64,000 nucleotides of DNA from Eledone cirrhosa (taxonomy: Eukaryota). The stretch lies in the NCBI GenBank assembly GCA_964016885.1, contig OZ024757.1:11346001-11410000 (forward strand), read 5' to 3'. Below, piece after piece: positions 36,501 through 51,500 of the stretch; position 1 is the first letter of the stretch, and the number at the start of each line of letters is the position of its first letter. Under the pieces are notes generated by a model that did no database searches, had not been told where the DNA came from, and was given only the letters and a program-made list of their open reading frames with translations. The position numbers and the translations under genes are program-made.

Positions 36501-39500
36501 TCCAGAGGAGAGAGAAGCTTATCTACACAATAGAAGTGGAGATCAGACAGAAGAAATAACATGAATCCAGAGGAGAGAGAAGTTTATCTACAGAATAGAA
36601 GAAGTGGAGATCATGACAGAAGAAATAACTTGAATCTAGAGGTGAGAGAAGTTTATCTACAGAATAGAAGAGGCGGAGATCAGACAGAAGAAATAACAGG
36701 AATCCAGAGGAGAGAAGCTTATCTACAGAATAGAAGTGTAGATCATGACAGAAGAAATAACATGAGTCCAGAGGAGAGAGAAGTTTATCTACAGAATAGA
36801 AGAAGTGGAGATCATAACAGAAGAAATAACATGAATCCAGAGGAGAGACAAGCTTATCTACAGAATAGAAGAAGTGGAGATCATGACAGAAGAAATAACA
36901 TGAATGCAGAGGTGAGAGAAGTTTATCTACAGAATAGAAGAAATGGAGATCATGACAGAAGAAATAACATGAATCCAGAGGTGAGAGAAGATTATCTACA
37001 GAATAGAAGTGGAGATCATGGTAGAAGAAATAACATGAATCCAGAGGTGAGAGAAGATTATCAACAGAATAGAGGAAGTGGAGATCATGACAGAAGAAAT
37101 AACATGAATCCAGAGGTGAGAGAAGTTTAACTACAGAATAGAAGAAGTGGAGATCATGACAGAAGAAATAACATAAATCCAGAGGAGAGAGAAGTTTATC
37201 TACAGAATAGAAGAAGTGGAGGTCATGACAGAAGAAACAACAGGAATCCAGAGGTGAGAGAAGTGTATCTACAGAATAGAAGAAGTGGAGATCATGACAG
37301 AAGAAATAACATGAATCTAGAGGTGAGAGAAGTTTATCTACAGAATAGAAGAAGTGGAGATCATGGTAGAAGAAATAACATGAATCCAGAGGTGAGAGAA
37401 GTTTATCTACAGAATAGAAGAAGTGGAGATCATGACAGAAGAAATAACATGAATCCAGAGGAGAGAGAAGTTTATCTACAGAATAGAAGAAGTGGAGATC
37501 ATGACAGAAGAAATAACATGAATCCAGAGGTTAGAGAAGTTTATCTGCAGAATAGAAGAAGTGGAGATCATGACAGAAGAAATAACACGAATCCAGAGGA
37601 GAGAGAAGCTTATCTACACAATAGAAGTGGAGATCAGACAGAAGAAATAACATGAATCCAGAGGAGAGAGAAGTTTATCTACAGAATAGAAGAAGTGGAG
37701 ATCATGACAGAAGAAATAACTTGAATCTAGAGGTGAGAGAAGTTTATCTACAGAATAGAAGAGGCGGAGATCAGACAGAAGAAATAACAGGAATCCAGAG
37801 GAGAGAAGCTTATCTACAGAATAGAAGTGTAGATCATGACAGAAGAAATAACATGAGTCCAGAGGAGAGAGAAGTTTATCTACAGAATAGAAGAAGTGGA
37901 GATCATAACAGAAGAAATAACATGAATCCAGAGGAGAGACAAGCTTATCTACAGAATAGAAGAAGTGGAGATCATGACAAAAGAAATAACATGAATCCAG
38001 AGGAGAGAGAAGCTTATCTACAGAATAGAAGTGGAGATCATGGTAGAAGAAATAACATGAATCCAGAGGAGAGAGAATTTTATCTACCGAATAGAAAATG
38101 TGGAGATCATGGTAGAAGAAATAACATGAATCCAGAGGAGAGAGAATTTTATCTACAGAATAGAAGAAGTGGAGATCATGGTAGAAGAAATAACATGAAT
38201 CCAGAGGTGAGAGAAGTTTATCTACAGAATAGAAGAAGTGGAGATCATGACAGAAGAAATAACTTGAATCTAGAGTTGAGAGAAGTTTATCTACAGAATA
38301 GAAGAAGCGGAGGTCAGACAGAAGAAATAACAGGAATCCACAGGAGAGAGAAGTTTATCTACAGAGTAGAAGTGAAGATCATGGTAGAAGAAATAACATG
38401 AATCCAGAGGTGAGAGAAGATTATCTACAGAATAGAGGAAGTGGAGATCATGGTAGAAGAAATAACATGAGTCCAGAGGAGAGAGAAGTTTATCTACAGA
38501 ATAGAAGAAGTGGAGATCATGACAGAAGAAACAACAGGAATCCAGAGGTGAGAGAAGTGTATCTACAGAATAGAAGAAGTGGAGATCATGACAGAAGAAA
38601 CAACAGGAATCCAGAGGTGAGAGAAGTGTATCTACAGAATAGAAGAAGTGGAGATCATGACAGAAGAAATAACATGAATCCAGAGGTGAGAGATTTTTAT
38701 CTACAGAATAGAAGGAGTGGAGATCATGACAGAAGAAATAACAGGAATCCACAGGAGAGAGAAGATTATCTACAGAATAGAAGTGGAGATCATGGTAGAA
38801 GAAATAACATGAATCCAGAGGTGAGAGAAGATTATCTACAGAATACAGGAAGTGGAGATCATGGTAGAAGAAATAACATGAGTCCAGAGGAGAGAGAAGA
38901 TTATCTACAGAATAGAAGAAGTGGAGATCATGGTAGAAGAAATAACATGAGTCCAGAGGAGAGAGACGTTTATCTACAGAATAGAAGAAGTGAAGATCAA
39001 GGTAGAAGAAATAACATGGATCCAGATGTGAGAGAAGCTTATCTACAGAATAGAAGTGGAGATCATGACTGAAGAAATAACATGAATCCAGAGGTGAGAG
39101 AAGTTTAACTACAGAATAGAAGAAGTGGAGTTCATGACAGAAGAAATAACATAAATCCAGAGGAGAGAGAAGTTTATCTACAGAATAGAAGAAGTGGAGG
39201 TCATGACAGAAGAAACAACAGGAATCCAGAGGTGAGAGAAGTGTATCTACAGAATAGAAGAAGTGGAGATCATGACAGAAGAAATAACATGAATGCAGAG
39301 GTGAGAGAAGTTTATCTACAGAATAGAAGAAATGGAGATCATGACAGAAGAAATAACATGAATCCAGAGGTGAGAGAAGATTATCTACAGAATAGAAGTG
39401 GAGATCATGGTAGAAGAAATAACATGAATCCAGAGGTGAGAGAAGATTATCTACAGAATAGAAGAAGTGGAGATCATGACAGAAGAAATAACTTGAATCT

Positions 39501-42500
39501 AGAGGTGAGAGAAGTTTATCTACAGAATAGAAGTGGAGATCATGGTAGAAGAAATAACATGAATCCGGAGGTGAGAGAAGATTATCTACAGAATAGAAGT
39601 GGAGATCATGGTAGAAGAAATAACATGAATCCAGAGGTGAGAGAAGATTATCTACAGAATAGAAGAAGTGGAGATCATGGTAGAAGAAATAACATGAGTC
39701 CAGAGGAGAGAGAAGATTATCTACAGAATAGAAGAAGTGGAGATCATGGTAGAAGAAATAACATGAGTCCAGAGGAGAGAGACGTTTATCTACAGAATAG
39801 AAGAAGTGAAGATCAAGGTAGAAGAAATAACATGAATCCAGATGTGAGAGAAGCTTATCTACAGAATAGAAGTGGAGATCATGACTGAAGAAATAACATG
39901 AATCCAGAGGTGAGAGAAGTTTAACTACAGAATAGAAGAAGTGGAGTTCATGACAGAAGAAATAACATAAATCCAGAGGAGAGAGAAGTTTATCTGCAGA
40001 ATAGAAGTGGAGATCATGGTAGAAGAAATAACATGAATCCAGAGGTGAGAGAAGATTATCAACAGAATAGAGGAAGTGGAGATCATGACAGAAGAAATAA
40101 CATGAATCCAGAGGTGAGAGAAGTTTATCTACAGAATAGAAGAAGTGGAGATCATGACAGAAGAAATAACATGAATCCAGAGGTGAGAGAAGTTTATCTA
40201 CAGAATAGAAGAAGTGGAGATCATGGTAGAAGAAATAACATGAATCAGGAGGTGAGAGAAGTTTATCTACAGAATAGAAGAAGTGGAGATCATGACAGAA
40301 GAAATAACATCAATCCAGAGGTTAGAGAAGTTTATCTGCAGAATAGAAGAAGTGGAGATCATGACAGAAGAAATAACACGAATCCAGAGGAGAGAGAAGC
40401 TTATCTACAGAATAGAAGAAGTGGAGATCATGACAGAAGAAATAACTTGAATCTAGAGGTGAGAGAATTTTATCTACAGAATAGAAGAAGCGGAGATCAG
40501 ACAGAAGAAATAACAGGAATCCAGAGGAGAGAAACTTATCTACAGAATAGAAGTGTAGATCATGACAGAAGAAATAACATGAGTCCAGAGGAGAGAGAAG
40601 TTTATCTACAGAATAGAAGAAGTGGAGATCATAACAGAAGAAATAACATGAATCCAGAGGAGAGAGAAGTTTATGTACAGAATAGAAGAAGTGAAGATCA
40701 TGGTAGAAGAAATAACATGAATCCAGATGTGAGAGAAGCTTATCTACAGAATAGAAGTGGAGATCATGACTGAAGAAATAACATGAATCCAGAGGTGAGA
40801 GAAGTTTAACTACAGAATGGAAGAAGTGGAGATCATGACCGAAGAAATAACATAAATCCAGAGGAGAGAGAAGTTTATCTACAGAATAGAAGAAGTGGAG
40901 ATCATGATAGAAGAAATAACATGAATCCAGAGGTGAGAGAAGTTTATCTACAGAATAGAAGAAGTGGAGGTCATGACAGAAGAAATAACATGAATCCAGA
41001 GGAGAGACAAGCTTATCTACAGAATAGAAGAAGTGGAGATCATGACAAAAGAAATAACATGAATCCAGAGGAGAGAGAAGCTTATCTACAGAATAGAAGT
41101 GGAGATCATGGTAGAAGAAATAACATGAATCCAGAGGTGAAAGGATTTTATCTACAGAATAGAAGAAGTGGAGATCATGGTAGAAGAAATAACATGAATC
41201 CAGAGGAGAGAGAATTTTATCTACCGAATAGAAAAAGTGGAGATCATGGTAGAAGAAATAACATGAATCCAGAGGAGAGAGAATTTTATCTACAGAATAG
41301 AAGAAGTGGAGATCATGGTAGAAGAAATAACATGAATCCAGAGGTGAGAGAAGTTTATCTACAGAATAGAAGAAGTGAAGATCATGGTAGAAGAAATAAC
41401 ATGAATCCAGATGTGAGAGAAGCTTATCTACAGAATAGAAGTGGAGATCATGACTGAAGAAATAACATGAATCCAGAGGTGAGAGAAGTTTAACTACAGA
41501 ATAGAAGAAGTGGAGATCATGACAGAAGAAATAGCATAAATCCAGAGGAGAGAGAAGTTTATCTACAGAATAGAAGAAGTGGAGGTCATGACAGAAGAAA
41601 CAACAGGAATCCAGAGGTGAGAGAAGTGTATCTACAGAATAGAAGAAGTGGAGATCATGACAGAAGAAATAACATGAATCCAGAGGTGAGAGAAGTTTAT
41701 CTACAGAATAGAAGGAGTGGAGATCATGACAGAAGAAATAACATGAATCCAGAGGTGAGAGAAGTTTATCTACAGAATAGAAGAAGTGGAGATCATGGTA
41801 GAAGAAATAACATGAATCCAGAGGTGAGATAAGTTTATCTACAGAATAGAAGAAGTGGAGATCATGATAGAAGAAATAACATGAATCCAGAGGTGAGAGA
41901 AGTTTATCTGCAGAATAGAAGAAGTGGAGATCATGACAGAAGAAATAACACGAATCCAGAGGAGAGAGAAGCTTATCTACACAATAGAAGTGGAGATCAG
42001 ACAGAAGAAATAACATGAATCCAGAGGAGAGAGAAGTTTATCTACAGAATAGAAGAAGTGGAGATCATGACAGAAGAAATAACTTGAATCTAGAGGTGAG
42101 AGAAGTTTATCTACAGAATAGAAGCAGCGGAGATCAGACAGAAGAAATAACAGGAATCCAGAGGAGAGAAGCTTATCTACAGAATAGAAGTGTAGATCAT
42201 GACAGAAGAAATAACATGAGTCCAGAGGAGAGAGAAGTTTATCTACAGAATAGAAGAAGTGGAGATCATGACAGAAGAAATAACATGAATCCAGAGGAGA
42301 GAGAAGTTTATCTACAGAATAGAAGAAGTGAAGATCATGGTAGAAGAAATAACATGAATCCAGATGTGAGAGAAGCTTATCTACAGAATAGAAGTGGAGA
42401 TCATGACTGAAGAAATAACATGAATCCAGAGGTGAGAGAAGTTTAACTACAGAATAGAAGAAGTGGAGATCATGACCGAAGAAATAACATAAATCCAGAG

Positions 42501-45500
42501 GAGAGAGAAGTTTATCTACAGAATAGAAGAAGTGGAGATCATGACAGAAGAAATAACATGAATCCAGAGGTGAGAGAAGTTTATCTACAGAATAGAAGAA
42601 GTGGAGATCATGACAGAAGAAATAACATGAATCCAGAGGTGAGAGAAGTTTATCTGCAGAATAGAAGAAGTGGAGATCATGACAGAAGAAATAACATGAA
42701 TCCAGAGGTGAGAGAAGTTTATCTACAGAATAGAAGAAGTGGAGATCATGACAGAAGAAATAACATGAATCCAGAGGAGAGAGGAGTTTATCTACAGAAT
42801 AGAAGAAGTGGAGATCATGACAGAAGAAATAACATGAATCCAGAGGAGAGAGAAGTTTATCTACAGAATAGAAGAAGTGGAGATCATGACAGAAGAAATA
42901 ACATGAATCCAGAGGAGAGAGGAGTTTATCTACAGAATAGAAGAAGTGGAGATCATGACAGAAGAAATAACATGAATCCAGAGGTGAGAGAAGTTTATCT
43001 ACAGAATAGAAGAAGTGGAGGTCATGACAGAAGAAACAACAGGAATCCAGAGGTGACAGAAGTTTAACTACAGAATAGAAGAAGTGGAGATCATGACCGA
43101 AGAAATAACATAAATCCAGAGGTGAGAGAAGTTTATCTACAGAATAGAAGAAGTGGAGATCATTACAGAAGAAATAACATGAATCCAGAGGTGAGAGAAG
43201 TTTATCTACAGAATAGAAGAAGTGGAGGTCATGACAGAAGAAACAACAGGAATCCAGAGGTGACAGAAGTTTATCTACAGAATAGAAGAAGTGGAGATCA
43301 TGACAGAAGAAATAACATGAATCCAGAGGTGAGAGAAGTTTATCTACAGAATAGAAGAAGTGGAGATCATGACAGAAGAAATAACATGAATCCAGAGGTG
43401 AGAGAAGTTTATCTGCAGAATAGAAGAAGTGGAGATCATGACAGAAGAAATAACATGAATCCAGAGGAGAGACAAGCTTATCTACAGAATAGAAGAAGTG
43501 GAGATCATGACAAAAGAAATAACATGAATCCAGAGGAGGGAGAAGCTTATCTACAGAATAGAAGTGGAGATCATGGTAGAAGAAATAACATGAATCCAGA
43601 GGTGAAAGGATTTTATCTACAGAATAGAAGAAGTGGAGATCATGGTAGAAGAAATAACATGAATCCAGAGGAGAGAGAATTTTATCTACCGAATAGAAAA
43701 AGTGGAGATCATGGTAGAAGAAATAACATGAATCCAGAGGAGAGAGAATTTTATCTACAGAATAGAAGAAGTGGAGATCATGGTAGAAGAAATAACATGA
43801 ATCAGGAGGTGAGAGAAGTTTATCTACAGAATAGAAGAAGTGGAGATCATGACAGAAGAAATAACATCAATCCAGAGGTTAGAGAAGTTTATCTGCAGAA
43901 TAGAAGAAGTGGAGATCATGACAGAAGAAATAACACGAATCCAGAGGAGAGAGAAGCTTATCTACAGAATAGAAGTGGAGATCAGACAGAAGAAATAACA
44001 TGAATCCAGAGGAGAGAGAAGTTTATCTACAGAATAGAAGAAGTGGAGATCATAACAGAAGAAATAACTTGAATCTAGAGGTGAGAGAATTTTATCTACA
44101 GAATAGAAGAAGCGGAGATCAGACAGAAGAAATAACAGGAATCCAGAGGAGAGAAGCTTATCTACAGAATAGAAGTGTAGATCATGACAGAAGAAGTAAC
44201 ATGAGTGCAGAGGAGAGAGAAGTTTATCTACAGAATAGAAGAAGTGGAGATCATAACAGAAGAAATAACATGAATCCAGAGGAGAGAGAAGTTTATCTAC
44301 AGAATAGAAGAAGTGAAGATCATGGTAGAAGAAATAACATGAATCCAGATGTGAGAGAAGCTTATCTACAGAATAGAAGTGGAGATCATGACTGAAGAAA
44401 TAACATGAATCCAGAGGTGAGAGAAGTTTAACTACAGAATGGAAGAAGTGGAGATCATGACCGAAGAAATAACATAAATCCAGAGGAGAGAGAAGTTTAT
44501 CTACAGAATAGAAGAAGTGGAGATCATGACAGAAGAAATAACATGAATCCAGAGGAGAGAGGAGTTTATCTACAGAATAGAAGAAGTGGAGATCATGACA
44601 GAAGAAATAACATGAATCCAGAGGTGAGAGAAGTTTATCTACAGAATAGAAGAAGTGGAGGTCATGACAGAAGAAACAACAGGAATCCAGAGGTGACAGA
44701 AGTTTAACTACAGAATAGAAGAAGTGGAGATCATGACCGAAGAAATAACATAAATCCAGAGGTGAGAGAAGTTTATCTACAGAATAGAAGAAGTGGAGAT
44801 CATTACAGAAGAAATAACATGAATCCAGAGGTGAGAGAAGTTTATCTACAGAATAGAAGAAGTGGAGGTCATGACAGAAGAAACAACAGGAATCCAGAGG
44901 TGACAGAAGTTTATCTACAGAATAGAAGAAGTGGAGATCATGACAGAAGAAATAACATGAATCCAGAGGTGAGAGAAGTTTATCTACAGAATAGAAGAAG
45001 TGGAGATCATGACAGAAGAAATAACATGAATCCAGAGGTGAGAGAAGTTTATCTGCAGAATAGAAGAAGTGGAGATCATGACAGAAGAAATAACATGAAT
45101 CCAGAGGAGAGACAAGCTTATCTACAGAATAGAAGAAGTGGAGATCATGACAAAAGAAATAACATGAATCCAGAGGAGGGAGAAGCTTATCTACAGAATA
45201 GAAGTGGAGATCATGGTAGAAGAAATAACATGAATCCAGAGGTGAAAGGATTTTATCTACAGAATAGAAGAAGTGGAGATCATGGTAGAAGAAATAACAT
45301 GAATCCAGAGGAGAGAGAATTTTATCTACCGAATAGAAAAAGTGGAGATCATGGTAGAAGAAATAACATGAATCCAGAGGAGAGAGAATTTTATCTACAG
45401 AATAGAAGAAGTGGAGATCATGGTAGAAGAAATAACATGAATCAGGAGGTGAGAGAAGTTTATCTACAGAATAGAAGAAGTGGAGATCATGACAGAAGAA

Positions 45501-48500
45501 ATAACATCAATCCAGAGGTTAGAGAAGTTTATCTGCAGAATAGAAGAAGTGGAGATCATGACTGAAGAAATAACACGAATCCAGAGGAGAGAGAAGCTTA
45601 TCTACAGAATAGAAGTGGAGATCAGACAGAAGAAATAACATGAATCCAGAGGAGAGAGAAGTTTATCTACAGAATAGAAGAAGTGGAGATCATAACAGAA
45701 GAAATAACTTGAATCTAGAGGTGAGAGAATTTTATCTACAGAATAGAAGAAGCGGAGATCAGACAGAAGAAATAACAGGAATCCAGAGGAGAGAAGCTTA
45801 TCTACAGAATAGAAGTGTAGATCATGACAGAAGAAGTAACATGAGTGCAGAGGAGAGAGAAGTTTATCTACAGAATAGAAGAAGTGGAGATCATAACAGA
45901 AGAAATAACATGAATCCAGAGGAGAGAGAAGTTTATCTACAGAATAGAAGAAGTGAAGATCATGGTAGAAGAAATAACATGAATCCAGATGTGAGAGAAG
46001 CTTATCTACAGAATAGAAGTGGAGATCATGACTGAAGAAATAACATGAATCCAGAGGTGAGAGAAGTTTAACTACAGAATGGAAGAAGTGGAGATCATGA
46101 CCGAAGAAATAACATAAATCCAGAGGAGAGAGAAGTTTATCTACAGAATAGAAGAAGTGGAGATCATGATAGAAGAAATAACATGAATCCAGAGGTGAGA
46201 GAAGTTTATCTACAGAATAGAAGAAGTGGAGGTCATGACAGAAGAAATAACATGAATCCAGAGGAGAGACAAGCTTATCTACAGAATAGAAGAAGTGGAG
46301 ATCATGACAAAAGAAATAACATGAATCCAGAGGAGAGAGAAGCTTATCTACAGAATAGAAGTGGAGATCATGGTAGAAGAAATAACATGAATCCAGAGGT
46401 GAAAGGATTTTATCTACAGAATAGAAGAAGTGGAGATCATGGTAGAAGAAATAACATGAATCCAGAGGTGAGATAAGTTTATCTACAGAATAGAAGAAGT
46501 GGAGATCATGATAGAAGAAATAACATGAATCCAGAGGTGAGAGAAGTTTATCTGCAGAATAGAAGAAGTGGAGATCATGACAGAAGAAATAACACGAATC
46601 CAGAGGAGAGAGAAGCTTATCTACACAATAGAAGTGGAGATCAGACAGAAGAAATAACATGAATCCAGAGGAGAGAGAAGTTTATCTACAGAATAGAAGA
46701 AGTGGAGATCATGACAGAAGAAATAACTTGAATCTAGAGGTGAGAGAAGTTTATCTACAGAATAGAAGCAGCGGAGATCAGACAGAAGAAATAACAGGAA
46801 TCCAGAGGAGAGAAGCTTATCTACAGAATAGAAGTGTAGATCATGACAGAAGAAATAACATGAGTCCAGAGGAGAGAGAAGTTTATCTACAGAATAGAAG
46901 AAGTGGAGATCATGACAGAAGAAATAACATGAATCCAGAGGAGAGAGAAGTTTATCTACAGAATAGAAGAAGTGAAGATCATGGTAGAAGAAATAACATG
47001 AATCCAGATGTGAGAGAAGCTTATCTACAGAATAGAAGTGGAGATCATGACTGAAGAAATAACATGAATCCAGAGGTGAGAGAAGTTTAACTACAGAATA
47101 GAAGAAGTGGAGATCATGACCGAAGAAATAACATAAATCCAGAGGAGAGAGAAGTTTATCTACAGAATAGAAGAAGTGGAGATCATGACAGAAGAAATAA
47201 CATGAATCCAGAGGTGAGAGAAGTTTATCTACAGAATAGAAGAAGTGGAGATCATGACAGAAGAAATAACATGAATCCAGAGGTGAGAGAAGTTTATCTG
47301 CAGAATAGAAGAAGTGGAGATCATGACAGAAGAAATAACATGAATCCAGAGGTGAGAGAAGTTTATCTACAGAATAGAAGAAGTGGAGATCATGACAGAA
47401 GAAATAACATGAATCCAGAGGAGAGAGGAGTTTATCTACAGAATAGAAGAAGTGGAGATCATGACAGAAGAAATAACATGAATCCAGAGGAGAGAGAAGT
47501 TTATCTACAGAATAGAAGAAGTGGAGATCATGACAGAAGAAATAACATGAATCCAGAGGAGAGAGGAGTTTATCTACAGAATAGAAGAAGTGGAGATCAT
47601 GACAGAAGAAATAACATGAATCCAGAGGTGAGAGAAGTTTATCTACAGAATAGAAGAAGTGGAGGTCATGACAGAAGAAACAACAGGAATCCAGAGGTGA
47701 CAGAAGTTTAACTACAGAATAGAAGAAGTGGAGATCATGACCGAAGAAATAACATAAATCCAGAGGTGAGAGAAGTTTATCTACAGAATAGAAGAAGTGG
47801 AGATCATTACAGAAGAAATAACATGAATCCAGAGGTGAGAGAAGTTTATCTACAGAATAGAAGAAGTGGAGGTCATGACAGAAGAAACAACAGGAATCCA
47901 GAGGTGACAGAAGTTTATCTACAGAATAGAAGAAGTGGAGATCATGACAGAAGAAATAACATGAATCCAGAGGTGAGAGAAGTTTATCTACAGAATAGAA
48001 GAAGTGGAGATCATGACAGAAGAAATAACATGAATCCAGAGGTGAGAGAAGTTTATCTGCAGAATAGAAGAAGTGGAGATCATGACAGAAGAAATAACAG
48101 GAATCCAGAGGTGACAGAAGTTTATCTACAGAATAGAAGAAGTGGAGATCATGACAGAAGAAATAACATGAATCCAGAGGAGAGAGGAGTTTATCTACAG
48201 AATAGAAGAAGTGGAGATCATGACAGAAGAAATAACATGAATCCAGAGGTGAGAGAAGTTTATCTGCAGAATAGAAGAAGTGGAGATCATGACAGAAGAA
48301 ATAACATGAATCCAGAGGAGAGACAAGCTTATCTACAGAATAGAAGAAGTGGAGATCATGACAAAAGAAATAACATGAATCCAGAGGAGGGAGAAGCTTA
48401 TCTACAGAATAGAAGTGGAGATCATGGTAGAAGAAATAACATGAATCCAGAGGTGAAAGGATTTTATCTACAGAATAGAAGAAGTGGAGATCATGGTAGA

Positions 48501-51500
48501 AGAAATAACATGAATCCAGAGGAGAGAGAATTTTATCTACCGAATAGAAAAAGTGGAGATCATGGTAGAAGAAATAACATGAATCCAGAGGAGAGAGAAT
48601 TTTATCTACAGAATAGAAGAAGTGGAGATCATGACAGAAGAAATAACATGAATCCAGAGGTGAGAGAAGTTTATCTACAGAATAGAAGAAGTGGAGATCA
48701 TGGTAGAAGAAATAACATGAATCAGGAGGTGAGAGAAGTTTATCTACAGAATAGAAGAAGTGGAGATCATGACAGAAGAAATAACATCAATCCAGAGGTT
48801 AGAGAAGTTTATCTGCAGAATAGAAGAAGTGGAGATCATGACAGAAGAAATAACACGAATCCAGAGGAGAGAGAAGCTTATCTACAGAATAGAAGTGGAG
48901 ATCAGACAGAAGAAATAACATGAATCCAGAGGAGAGAGAAGTTTATCTACAGAATAGAAGAAGTGGAGATCATAACAGAAGAAATAACTTGAATCTAGAG
49001 GTGAGAGAATTTTATCTACAGAATAGAAGAAGCGGAGATCAGACAGAAGAAATAACAGGAATCCAGAGGAGAGAAGCTTATCTACAGAATAGAAGTGTAG
49101 ATCATGACAGAAGAAGTAACATGAGTGCAGAGGAGAGAGAAGTTTATCTACAGAATAGAAGAAGTGGAGATCATAACAGAAGAAATAACATGAATCCAGA
49201 GGAGAGAGAAGTTTATCTACAGAATAGAAGAAGTGAAGATCATGGTAGAAGAAATAACATGAATCCAGATGTGAGAGAAGCTTATCTACAGAATAGAAGT
49301 GGAGATCATGACTGAAGAAATAACATGAATCCAGAGGTGAGAGAAGTTTAACTACAGAATGGAAGAAGTGGAGATCATGACCGAAGAAATAACATAAATC
49401 CAGAGGAGAGAGAAGTTTATCTACAGAATAGAAGAAGTGGAGATCATGATAGAAGAAATAACATGAATCCAGAGGTGAGAGAATTTTATCTACAGAATAG
49501 AAGAAGCGGAGATCAGACAGAAGAAATAACTTGAATCCAGAGGAGAGAAGCTTATCTACAGAATAGAAGTGTAGATCATGACAGAAGAAATAACATGAGT
49601 CCAGAGGAGAGAGAAGTTTATCTACAGAATAGAAGAAGTGGAGATCATGATAGAAGAAATAACATGAATCCAGAGGTGAGAGAAGTTTATCTACAGAATA
49701 GAAGAAGTGGAGGTCATGACAGAAGAAATAACATGAATCCAGAGGAGAGACAAGCTTATCTACAGAATAGAAGAAGTGGAGATCATGACAAAAGAAATAA
49801 CATGAATCCAGATGTGAGAGAAGCTTATCTACAGAATAGAAGTGGAGATCATGGTAGAAGAAATAACATGAATCCAGAGGTGAAAGGATTTTATCTACAG
49901 AATAGAAGAAGTGGAGATCATGGTAGAAGAAATAACATGAATCCAGAGGAGAGAGAATTTTATCTACCGAATAGAAAAAGTGGAGATCATGGTAGAAGAA
50001 ATAACATGAATCCAGAGGAGAGAGAATTTTATCTACAGAATAGAAGAAGTGGAGATCATGGTAGAAGAAATAACATGAATCCAGAGGTGAGAGAAGTTTA
50101 TCTACAGAATAGAAGAAGTGAAGATCATGGTAGAAGAAATAACATGAATCCAGATGTGAGAGAAGCTTATCTACAGAATAGAAGTGGAGATCATGACTGA
50201 AGAAATAACATGAATCCAGAGGTGAGAGAAGTTTAACTACAGAATAGAAGAAGTGGAGATCATGACAGAAGAAATAGCATAAATCCAGAGGAGAGAGAAG
50301 TTTATCTACAGAATAGAAGAAGTGGAGGTCATGACAGAAGAAACAACAGGAATCCAGAGGTGAGAGAAGTGTATCTACAGAATAGAAGAAGTGGAGATCA
50401 TGACAGAAGAAATAACATGAATCCAGAGGAGAGACAAGCTTATCTACAGAATAGAAGAAGTGGAGATCATGACAAAAGAAATAACATGAATCCAGAGGAG
50501 GGAGAAGCTTATCTACAGAATAGAAGTGGAGATCATGGTAGAAGAAATAACATGAATCCAGAGGTGAAAGGATTTTATCTACAGAATAGAAGAAGTGGAG
50601 ATCATGGTAGAAGAAATAACATGAATCCAGAGGAGAGAGAATTTTATCTACCGAATAGAAAAAGTGGAGATCATGGTAGAAGAAATAACATGAATCCAGA
50701 GGAGAGAGAATTTTATCTACAGAATAGAAGAAGTGGAGATCATGGTAGAAGAAATAACATGAATCAGGAGGTGAGAGAAGTTTATCTACAGAATAGAAGA
50801 AGTGGAGATCATGACAGAAGAAATAACATCAATCCAGAGGTTAGAGAAGTTTATCTGCAGAATAGAAGAAGTGGAGATCATGACTGAAGAAATAACACGA
50901 ATCCAGAGGAGAGAGAAGCTTATCTACAGAATAGAAGTGGAGATCAGACAGAAGAAATAACATGAATCCAGAGGAGAGAGAAGTTTATCTACAGAATAGA
51001 AGAAGTGGAGATCATAACAGAAGAAATAACTTGAATCTAGAGGTGAGAGAATTTTATCTACAGAATAGAAGAAGCGGAGATCAGACAGAAGAAATAACAG
51101 GAATCCAGAGGAGAGAAGCTTATCTACAGAATAGAAGTGTAGATCATGACAGAAGAAGTAACATGAGTGCAGAGGAGAGAGAAGTTTATCTACAGAATAG
51201 AAGAAGTGGAGATCATAACAGAAGAAATAACATGAATCCAGAGGAGAGAGAAGTTTATCTACAGAATAGAAGAAGTGAAGATCATGGTAGAAGAAATAAC
51301 ATGAATCCAGATGTGAGAGAAGCTTATCTACAGAATAGAAGTGGAGATCATGACTGAAGAAATAACATGAATCCAGAGGTGAGAGAAGTTTAACTACAGA
51401 ATGGAAGAAGTGGAGATCATGACCGAAGAAATAACATAAATCCAGAGGAGAGAGAAGTTTATCTACAGAATAGAAGAAGTGGAGATCATGATAGAAGAAA

